A stretch of 63,217 nucleotides of DNA, counting the filler, from Octopus bimaculoides (taxonomy: Eukaryota), in the NCBI RefSeq assembly GCF_001194135.2. It is 6 parts of 5 records of this genome, joined end to end, with 100 filler letters (N's around TTAATTAATTAA, not from the genome) between each part and the next. Parts side by side here need not be neighbours in the genome. Positions count along the whole stretch, not along the records: positions 53,088 to 61,828 come from NC_069003.1; positions 61,929 to 63,217 come from NC_069000.1; 4 more parts are not named here. One strand, given 5' to 3'. Position 1 is the stretch's first letter. The number at the start of each line of letters is the position of its first letter. The position numbers and the translations under genes were made by a program. The notes beneath the pieces are model-generated. The model searched no databases and was not told the DNA's origin. It saw only the letters and a list, made by a program, of their open reading frames with translations. Shown here piece by piece: positions 53,861 to 63,217 of the stretch.

Positions 53861-53974
53861 AGTATCTTGACGGTAAAAAATGGAGTATCTTGACGGTAAA
53901 AAATGGAGTATCTTGACGGTAAAAAATGGAGTATCTTGACGGTAAAAAATGGAGTATCTTGACGGTAAAAAATG
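53861..53974. repeat. Perfect 23-bp tandem repeat x5 (agtatcttgacggtaaaaaatgg)
   Basis: Read directly; no spacers. Confidence 0.95.
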
Positions 53975-54248
53975 TATGTATGTATGTATCTCTCTATCTA
54001 TATGTATTCTTGTACTTGTTTCAGTCATTTGACTGCGGCCATGCTGGAGCACCGCCTTCAGTCGAGCAAATCGACCCCAGGACTTATTCTTTGTAAACCT
54101 ACCACTTATTCTATCGGTCTCTATTGCCGAGCCGCTATATAATGTGATTGCATACATTTAATTTCTTTATATTTATTTCAGCTATTAATAAACCCGGGTA
54201 CAGTTGCTACTCTCATATCTACCCATGTTTTGTTTATTTTCCCCGCAG

Positions 54249-54342
54249 GAAGTCGTCGTATTTGCATCAACTTATGTCTTAGTTTCCCTCAGTCTCGACC
54301 GACTTGATGCCATTGCCAGACCCCTACGGTTTACCGGTAGTG
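54249..54342 (+). CDS. CCAP-R: CCAP / neuropeptide S receptor-like GPCR, TM3-ICL2 exon (94 nt, phase 0 to 1): EVVVFASTYVLVSLSLDRLDAIARPLRFTGS(G)
   Basis: ttttccccgcag acceptor and G|gtaagt donor. STYVLV.LS.DR.DAI..P..F is diagnostic of the NPSR/CCAPR branch of the vasopressin-receptor group. Confidence 0.92.
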
Positions 54343-54813
54343 GTAAGTATCCATATANNNNNNNNNNNNNNNNNNNNNNNNNNNNNNNNNNNNNNNNNNN
54401 NNNNNNNNNNNNNNNNNNNNNNNNNNNNNNNNNNNNNNNNNNNNNNNNNNNNNNNNNNNNNNNNNNNNNNNNNNNNNNNNNNNNNNNNNNNNNNNNNNNN
54501 NNNNNNNNNNNNNNNNNNNNNNNNNNNNNNNNNNNNNNNNNNNNNNNNNNNNNNNNNNNNNNNNNNNNNNNNNNNNNNNNNNNNNNNNNNNNNNNNNNNN
54601 NNNNNNNNNNNNNNNNNNNNNNNNNNNNNNNNNNNNNNNNNNNNNNNNNNNNNNNNNNNNNNNNNNNNNNNNNNNNNNNNNNNNNNNNNNNNNNNNNNNN
54701 NNNNNNNNNNNNNNNNNNNNNNNNNNNNNNNNNNNNNNNNNNNNNNNNNNNNNNNNNNNNNNNNNNNNNNNNNNNNNNNNNNNNNNNNNNNNNNNNNNNN
54801 NNNNNNNNNNNNN

Positions 54814-54852
<39 letters not shown>

Positions 54853-55531
54853 TGGACTTCTTTCACTTTCCATCTACCAAATCCACTCACGAGGCTTTGG
54901 TCGGCCCGAGGATGTAGTAAAAGACACTTGCCCAAGGGGCCACGGTGTGGGACTGAATCCGGAACCATGTAGTTGGGAAGCAACCTCCTTACCACACAGC
55001 CATACCCGTGCCTATTGTTTATGAGCCTATTGTTTATGAGCCTATTTTTTTAAATATTTAGCTTGTTTTATACATATTTGTCTCAAACTTTTTACTTGCA
55101 TATTCTGCTCTACTTCTCTACTTTTATTTTAACTCGGTTTGCCTACTTTACATACTTGCCTACTCTACACTACATATTTTGCCTACTTTACATGTTTTAC
55201 CTACTTTTCATATTTAATTACTCTTCATTCCCCCACCCTATTTCTAATGCTGCACCATACCTAGGTTTACCCATTCGTAATTTACATATACTTAACCCAT
55301 GTTCATTGTACCCATTTTACATAGTCTTTCTACTTTCTACTTTTGTCTCCTTCACACATTTCACCTTAGTTTTGTCTCCATGCTGATGTTACATGTTACA
55401 TGTATCTCATAACAGTAACCAGAGTACACACATATCAGAAAATATATTCCGTTTTCAAATTTGCTACTAATGTCACTGTATTTCATCTTCGCATTACACC
55501 AAGTAATTATTATTTTTTTTTTCTATCGCAG

Positions 55532-55683
55532 GTACGAGATCTCGAATCTTGGTGGCGTCAGCATGGGGCTGTGCCATCATCTTCTCGTGTCCGTCGTTAT
55601 TTCTGTTCAAAGAAACCACCAATCCATTGGACGAATCCATAAAATTGTGTTACTTGGATCTAACTGAACAGTGGCACTGGATG
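55532..55683 (+). CDS. CCAP-R: CCAP/NPS receptor TM4-ECL2 exon (152 nt, phase 1 to 0): (G)TRSRILVASAWGCAIIFSCPSLFLFKETTNPLDESIKLCYLDLTEQWHWM
   Basis: Poly-T acceptor (ttttttctatcgcag) and ATG|gtatga donor. Has the TM4 W...FS.P motif and the ECL2 Cys; phases match both neighbours. Not shown in the ORF track. Confidence 0.9.
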
Positions 55684-56674
55684 GTATGATTTGATCCCTT
55701 CATTTTGTATCGTGGGGATACTCTCTTTGGGTATGAAGACATTATGGAAAGGCGGGGTGGGTAAGAGTGGGGCAAAAATGAAAAACTATGAAGACAAAAA
55801 CCGAAAAACTACAAGTAAATAGAAACGATTTACTTGATTAATTCCTCCCAACGATATTTCTAAAATTGTTTATAACTGATGTATAGTTGAGGTAAACTGC
55901 AGGCACCGATCCGCCAATCCCTGGCCAAGATTTCGAATTTCATCCTTTACACACACACACACATACACACACACAAAATGAACACGTGTTGCTGTTTAAC
56001 CCAAGAACAGTTCTAGTCGAGCTGACCAAGGACACTTCGACTGTGACCATCATGTCTTGTTGGTCGTATCTAGTGCTGCATAACCAAATGTACTTTTTCT
56101 TTTTTTGAAAGCATTAAAGAGATTTGGCTGTTGTTTCTATTTCTGTTTTATCAAGCAAACCACGTATACTTTCCCCCTACGTTTGTGCAGATGATATAAA
56201 TATCCATAAGAGATGTGTATACACCTACCAACGGTGTATACACATCAAGTATAATACATAGATGGCTATTATAATTCAATAGTGTCTCAGTTGCGCACAT
56301 CAGACGGCTATTCGCAACGTGAGTGAATATTTTATTCACTTTTCCTGTATCAAGGACGACGAATTATTGTCCAAGAATATGGCTGGTTGCGAGTCCATGT
56401 CCTTGAAAAGGCCCAAAAAGGTCGAGCTGCATCAGGTGTACTTGCTAGCCACTCTGATATTTATTGTGTTTTTAACGCAGAAAGTCCATAAGATATGTCA
56501 ACTCTGGATGAATACCACAGTAATTAGCCTATCTACAGTGTATATTTATTAAGTATGATCCATAGATGACTAGAGTACTGAATGTTTTACTGTTTGACAG
56601 TGTGTGACTTGAAGTTTCTTACACCGCGGATCGTTCAGTATTTCCCTGCAATGTTTCTTTGTTTTATCTTCCAG

Positions 56675-56849
56675 GTCTATATCACATTGCTAGCAGTGGC
56701 CTTGTTTATCATACCGACCATAATAATTATTATATGTTACACCACCATTATCTATGTCATATGGAACAATGGTAAAATGCTACTTGGTATGGAAGGCAGT
56801 AATGCTAGCGATCATTCACAGAAAAGATGGAAGCATCAAACGAAAACAG
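56675..56849 (+). CDS. CCAP-R: CCAP/NPS receptor TM5-ICL3 exon: VYITLLAVALFIIPTIIIIICYTTIIYVIWNNGKMLLG...QTKT(G); 3' end uncertain
   Basis: ttttatcttccag acceptor and TM5 motif F.IP..II..CY..I...IW. The donor may be at 56771, 56786 or 56849, all phase 1. Confidence 0.85.
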
Positions 56850-57814
56850 GTTCATTTATATTTTACGCACACATACACATATATATATATATTTATTTAT
56901 ATATTTTATCTAATTGTTTTTGTTTTGTTATTTCGTTTGGCATTGTTATTATTGTTACACAGGTGGTGTCACTGTTGTCGATGTAGCCAACTAAACCCTT
57001 GTAACTGATACTCCAGCTGGGCTCCGGTTCAGTTATTAAAGCCATTAAAACGATGAATTCTCCGTCGGTTTCTACGGCGGTCATTCTCTTGTTTGATCTA
57101 CTAGACAACCATCATATACCTGCTGTAAGTGGCTGAGTATTCCGCAGATACCTGTAGCCTTAACTTAATTCCCACTTTAAATCAGTGCGGCAGGGTTGGA
57201 CTTTTGAATTATGCGTACAATTCTTCCAGACGGGCTTCTGTACAGTTTCCGATCATCCGATTTTACTCGGAGGACCTGGGGCATGCTGAAGTCATGGTGA
57301 AACGCAATGACTTACGGAACCATTTGTAGAATCGAACCCGAAGTTTCATTATTGGGAATCGAACTTTTTAACCCTTCTACCATTACCAAAATATATCGAA
57401 GACTACATTATTTGATACATTGTGTCTGTTTGTAAAGAGGATAGCAAGTGCTTTGAGGGAGACTTGTTTACTATTGCTAGCAGGTCAGGCAACTCCGTAG
57501 AGGCTCCTTCGTTGATTCGTTCTCGGTATTGCCGTTAGTTCGTCGTTGTCGTCGTTGTTGTTGTTGTTGTTCCTGCAAAAGCGGTGAGCTGGCAGACTAT
57601 GCGACGCGTTGTGTTCTTGAGCAAAATACTTCATTTCACGTTGCTCCAGTCCACTCGGTAGAAAAAAGTAACCCTGCGATGGACCGGCGTCCCGTCCAGG
57701 AGGTAAAAATATTTTTATGAGCCACAGAAACCGAGAAACCGCTCCTTATGAGCCCATAGTGCTCGAGAAGGATGCTTTATCAATATTTATCATTGTTATT
57801 ATTCCTATTATTGT

Positions 57815-58195
57815 GGAGGCGCAATGGCCCAGTGGTTAGGGCAGCGGACTCGCGGTCATAGGATCGCGGTTTCGATTCCCAGACCGGGCGCTGTGAGTGT
57901 TTATTGAGCGAAAACACCTAAAGCTCCACGAGGCTCTGGCAGGGGATGGTGGCGAACCCTGCTGTACTCTTTCACCACAACCTTCTCTCACTCTTACTTC
58001 CTGTTTCTGTTGTGCCTGTAATTCAAAGGGTCAGCCTTGTCACACTCTGTGTCACGCTGAATATCCCCGAGAACTACGTTAAGGGTACACGTGTGTGTGG
58101 AGTGCTCAACCACTTGCACGTTAATTTCACGAGCAGACTGTTCCGTTGATCGGATCAACTGGAACCCACGACGTCGTAAGCGACGGCGTGCCAAC
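57815..58195 (+). mobile_element. SINE family C (tRNA-derived head) with 17-bp TSD, in a GPCR intron
   Basis: Head ggaggcgcaatggcccagtggttagg...ggtttcgattccc; attattcctattattgt duplicated at 57798-57814 and 58196-58212. Confidence 0.85.
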
Positions 58196-58314
58196 ATTAT
58201 TCCTATTATTGTTAATGTTCTTGTTGTTCCTCTTGTTGTTGTTGTTGTCGTTGTGCTATCGTTGTTCTTACCGTTTCTACTGCTCTACCCACCCCTCACG
58301 AATTACATTTCCAG

Positions 58315-58428
58315 GCTCAAAGCACAGTCAAACAACTTCCAACAACAGCAGCAGTAGTTCCAGTTCCAGAGGTGTTATCCCCAAAGCTAAAATCAAAACA
58401 ATTAAAATGACATTCCTTATTGTACTTG
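58315..58428 (+). CDS. CCAP-R: CCAP/NPS receptor ICL3-TM6 exon (114 nt, phase 1 to 1): (G)SKHSQTTSNNSSSSSSSRGVIPKAKIKTIKMTFLIVL
   Basis: tacatttccag acceptor and G|gtaagt donor. SSRG.IP.AK.KT.KMT..IV is the CCAP-receptor signature before TM6. Confidence 0.92.
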
Positions 58429-60216
58429 GTAAGTAATCAACACCATTTCATATCAACGCGTTTTCTTTATTCGACTGACATTACTGAAATGGTAACCAAC
58501 TCAGTCTTTCATACAGATTTCTGCACATTATTCTTTTATTTCAAGTTTTCCAATACGCCATATTAGATTCCAGTCTCATGAGAGAATCGATCAACAACTT
58601 TTTTCATCGATTTGCTTGCATATTTATATTTATTTATTTTATATCACCAGTGGTGAACAATGGCGTCGTTTAAGATGGTGATATTGAAAATTGATGGTTG
58701 CACACTACAAATATCACACAAGGTAGTAGTGTCCGAATGTACCGCATTATCAACAATATACATACATACATAACCTTTTATCTTGTTTTAGTCATTAGAC
58801 TGCGGCCATGCTGGGACGCCGCCTTGAAAAGTTTTAGTCGAATGAATCTACCCCAATACTTTTTTAAAGCCTGGTACTTATTTTATCGATCTCTTTTGTC
58901 GAACTGCTAAGTTAAGGAACGCAAACACATCATCATCGGTTGTCAGGCAGTAATGGACACACACACACACACACACACATGCATATATATNNNNNNNNNN
59001 NNNNNNNNNNNNNNNNNNNNNNNNNNNNNNNNNNNNNNNNNNNNNNNNNNNNNNNNNNNNNNNNNNNNNNNNNNNNNNNNNNNNNNNNNNNNNNNNNNNN
59101 NNNNNNNNNNNNNNNNNNNNNNNNNNNNNNNNNNNNNNNNNNNNNNNNNNNNNNNNNNNNNNNNNNNNNNNNNNNNNNNNNNNNNNNNNNNNNNNNNNNN
59201 NNNNNNNNNNNNNNNNNNNNNNNNNNNNNNNNNNNNNNNNNNNNNNNNNNNNNNNNNNNNNNNNNNNNNNNNNNNNNNNNNNNNNNNNNNNNNNNNNNNN
59301 NNNNNNNNNNNNNNNNNNNNNNNNNNNNNNNNNNNNNNNNNNNNNNNNNNNNNNNNNNNNNNNNNNNNNNNNNNTATATATATATATATGACGGGTTTCT
59401 TTCAGTTTCCGTCTATCAAATCCACTCACAAGGCTTTAGACAGCCCAAGTAGAAGACACTTGTCCAAGGGACTGAGACCAGAACCATGTGGTTAGGAAGC
59501 AAGCTTCTTACCACACAGCCACACCTGCGTCTTTATACACACATGTACATACATACATACATACATACATACATACATACATACATACATACATACATAC
59601 ATACACACAGATACATACATACATACATACATACATACATAGCGGTGAAAGACACACGCAGCTACACATACACACACTCATGCATGCACACACTCATACA
59701 AACACTAACACACATACACGTATATAAAAACCTTGACAGATTTTCCGTTCTCCTGTGACTTGTAATTTTCCTTTCTCTGATGTCTTCCTTTTTCTCTCTC
59801 TCTATCGCTCGTCTTCTCCCTCTCACCCCTGCAATATCTTTCTGCGGATGCTACTTATGCTGCTACTCTCCCGCCCTCCCTTCTTCTCACAGACTGCAGA
59901 CTAACCAAACGTCTCAAACTCTCTCAGGTACTATTTTGACGAAAGTCTTATCTTCTTATTTTTACCTGCGCTGTCATTATCTCTATTTCGTCTTTAGTCG
60001 AGAAGGACTATCCTATTTCAGCGAAGTTGTAAGACTTCGTAAAATGTTCCGTCTTTTACTCATCTATGTAATTGTTTAGGGTCACTGATACTTGCCGATT
60101 GAAGGATCCCAGCTCTTAATGCCGAAATCGTTGTGGAAATCCGCTATACCCGACTGATGAACGGTATTTCTGGTTTTTTTTTCTTTGCTCTTTCTCCGTT
60201 CATTATTGTCCACGTC

Positions 60217-60814
60217 GGAGGCGCAATGGCCCAGTGGTTAGGGCAGCGAACTCGCGGTCATAGGATCGCGGTTTCGATTCCCAGACCGGGCGTTGTGAGT
60301 GTTTATTGAGCGAAAACACCTAAAGCTCCACGAGGCTCCGGCAGGGGATGGTGGTGAACCCTGCTGTACTCTTACACCACAACTTTCTCTCATTCTTACT
60401 TCCTGTTTCTGTTGTACCTGTAATTCAAAGGGCCAGCCTTGTCACACTCTGTGTCACGCTGAATATCCCCGCGAACTACGTTAAGGGTACACGTGTGTGT
60501 GGAGTGCTCANNNNNNNNNNCGAAAACACCTAAAGCTCCACGAGGCTCCGGCAGGGGATGGTGGTGAACCCTGCTGTACTCTTACACCACAACTTTCTCT
60601 CATTCTTACTTCCTGTTTCTGTTGTACCTGTAATTCAAAGGGCCAGCCTTGTCACACTCTGTGTCACGCTGAATATCCCCGCGAACTACGTTAAGGGTAC
60701 ACGTGTGTGTGGAGTGCTCAGCCACTTGCACGTTAATTTCACGAGCAGGCTGTTCCGTTTATCGGATCAACTGGAACCCTCGTCGTCGTAAGAGACGGAG
60801 TGCCAACAACAACA
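60217..60814 (+). mobile_element. SINE family C copy, with an apparent assembly duplication across a 10-N gap
   Basis: Near-identical to 57815-58195; 60311-60509 recurs at 60521-60719; (CAA)n tail. Confidence 0.85.
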
Positions 60815-63217
60815 AATTGCTTAGGGTCACTGATACTTGCCGATTGAAAGATCCCACCTTTTAATGCCGAAATCGTTATGGATACCCGCTATACCCGACT
60901 GATGAACGGTATTTTTTTTTCTTTGCTCTTTCTCCGTTCATTATTGTCCACGTCATTTCGCTTTCATATACGCATACAAACACATGCACATACACACACA
61001 GGTACATATATACAGAAACATCCACATACAGACACACCCACTCAAACACACACACATACCCGCGCTTGCACGCACGCACACGCACAATGCAGACACACAT
61101 TCCCATACATTTACACGCATACGTGCGTGCGCGTAATGATAGATTTACAGTTTGTCTATGAAATTCTATTCACAAGATTCTGAGGATAGAGAAGAAGATT
61201 CTTGACCCGAGGTGCCATGCGGTGGGATCGAACCCACCACACATTTAGTGGATGTCTTAACCACTCAGCCATATCAATAAATAATCAATATGCTGGATTT
61301 TATAATCATTTTCCCAAAATTAAATCAGGTTTTCTGACCACGCGGGAGTCACAGAGATATTTCAAGTTCCTCTGCATACTTTCTCTTCTTTGTCGTTGTT
61401 TTTGTTGTTCAGCATCAAATCAATCCTTACTGGGTGAATCTATAATCAAAAGTGTTCCTGCCATGACCATCCCGGCCTTCATTCAGGAATCGCGTTAACC
61501 AATATGGTCTGAAATATCAACATTTTTAATACGATAAGGCAAGATTTATGAGAGCTTTGACTGCTAATCCTAGCTTGTTGGTCGAACAGTATGAGAGGAT
61601 ATTCACTATCACTGCTAATTTTTACAATAGTTTTTCCTTTTTGAATTTCATTCTTCAATGTTATAAGAACATCGATGCTTTTCTAGCATGTTTCCAACAT
61701 AATATTCTGCTGTGTCTGGGGAGAGTAATTTTCTTACTGTGCCTTAAAATTTAACACACTCACCGTTAAAATTTCCACTTATTTCTTATTTTTATTTTTA
61801 AAAATAAAAATAAGAAATAAGTGGAAATNNNNNNNNNNNNNNNNNNNNNNNNNNNNNNNNNNNNNNNNNNNNTTAATTAATTAANNNNNNNNNNNNNNNN
61901 NNNNNNNNNNNNNNNNNNNNNNNNNNNNATATACATACATATTTATATGAGATCTCAAAGGAGAATCAGAAAAAAAATATCAAGGAGATTCAGTTTAATA
62001 CCAGGAACTCCTTGATTCATTTAATGTGCTTGTTCCCTGGTATTAAATTGATATTAATTAATATCCAATTTTTTACCCTACTGTTTATATATATATATAT
62101 ATATATATACATATATTTATATACATATATAAATGCATATATTTATATACAAATATTTAAATATGAAATACAGGTAAGATAATAGCTACCTACAATTAGT
62201 GCTCGGGTTGACTCGCCTAAACTCCAATTTGAAATGCAACCGTATAACTGTTCCGGGAGAATAACAGTCTATATCACAACCGTTATACATATTCTTCAGC
62301 TGATCATTTATTGATCTTTTGTAATCTATAAACCTGTAACGTTCATTTCCCCCCGCTTGTTTTGTCTACTTTTAAATAGTCGATACTAGCCCCTGCGATC
62401 GTACTTATAGTTACCCAGAGTTACCAATATATATATATATATATATATTTCAAATACATTTTAATAACGACAAACTGATTTTGATAAATTCTTCATTACT
62501 ATAAAAATGATATGAAACGAAAGCAGTGTATTTAACAAAATATTAAGAAATGGGTTAATAATGGCATAATTATTTTATTTAATTAATCATTAATTTCAAA
62601 GATATCCACAGAAATATGGTAAGAAAAGGTTCAATAACTTACCTCTTACTTGTCTTTGGTTTCTAAAACATTTCCAAATCCCTTCAGAGATCAATATCCT
62701 TTTTCAATCCACATCTTGATTACGTTATTTATTGGTTGATAATTGGTTATAATCAATGCCAAAATATCGATCTATTTCTCCATTGGACTTTTGACATTGA
62801 CATTAGTTGATCACCTGCCCACGTGTAAATTCATCGATATCTTTATTCTTCATCGATTTTCGTTGATTTTTTTTTATTATAGTTACAATTATACATGTAA
62901 CGACGAAGAAGTGAAACTATCGAATTAAGAAAACCAAAAATATTTGCTTGTGGCTAAAAGCTTTTAAGAGATCCCTGTGTGAGTGTGAGTGTGTTAGTGC
63001 TCCTCAGTGTGTGTGTGTGTCTTTGTGTGTGTTTGTGTGTATGCGTGTGTGTAAGCGTGTGTGTAAGCGTGTGCACAGGGCGCACAAATGTGTATGAGCG
63101 TATGTCTGTGTTGCGTTTCTGTGTATGAAAATGTATGTATATATAAAAATAAGCATGCATATATCTTTGCATATATACATATATACATACATGCATATAT
63201 ATATATATATATATATA

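Noticed and set aside
40789-53974. Short perfect arrays as CRISPR-like repeats
   Set aside because: Head-to-tail units with no spacers and no cas genes, in a eukaryotic context.
60070-60216. Hammerhead or C/D-box snoRNA within the long direct repeat (GAAA...CTGATGA)
   Set aside because: Stem I cannot form, and there is no downstream D box with a terminal stem.
60311-60719. Internal 200-bp tandem duplication of the SINE
   Set aside because: Identical copies either side of a 10-N gap: typical contig-overlap artefact.
1933-63196. Most ORFs in the supplied track (poly-YI, HT, CV, SL, M, C, E and X-containing)
   Set aside because: They are translations of microsatellites, N gaps or antisense strands of repeats.

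Overview
AT-rich, repeat-dense animal genomic scaffold with many N gaps. The SINE repertoire and heavy (TA)n/(CA)n/(CAT)n load point to a coleoid cephalopod, probably Octopus (inference). Two spliced + strand genes are supported by in-phase exons. The first is the 3' part of mitochondrial ribosomal protein L13 (4 exons, 3783-17828). The second is the TM3-TM6 part of a CCAP/neuropeptide-S-type GPCR (4 exons, 54249-58428), whose other exons were not found. The rest is mobile-element debris: RTE and R4-like LINEs, Penelope-like elements, Tc1/mariner and MITE remnants, at least four SINE families, plus micro- and minisatellites. Almost all ORFs in the supplied track are microsatellite, gap or antisense artefacts. 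The best leads are a minimal hammerhead ribozyme inside a Penelope fold-back, a frame-preserving candidate cassette exon in MRPL13, a SINE flanked by ~140-bp direct repeats, and a tRNA-Thr-like sequence in an inverted plus tandem rearrangement. No CRISPR or prokaryotic system is present. I found no convincing wholly new biological system; the leads are hypotheses. Repeat boundaries are approximate and all analysis was by eye.
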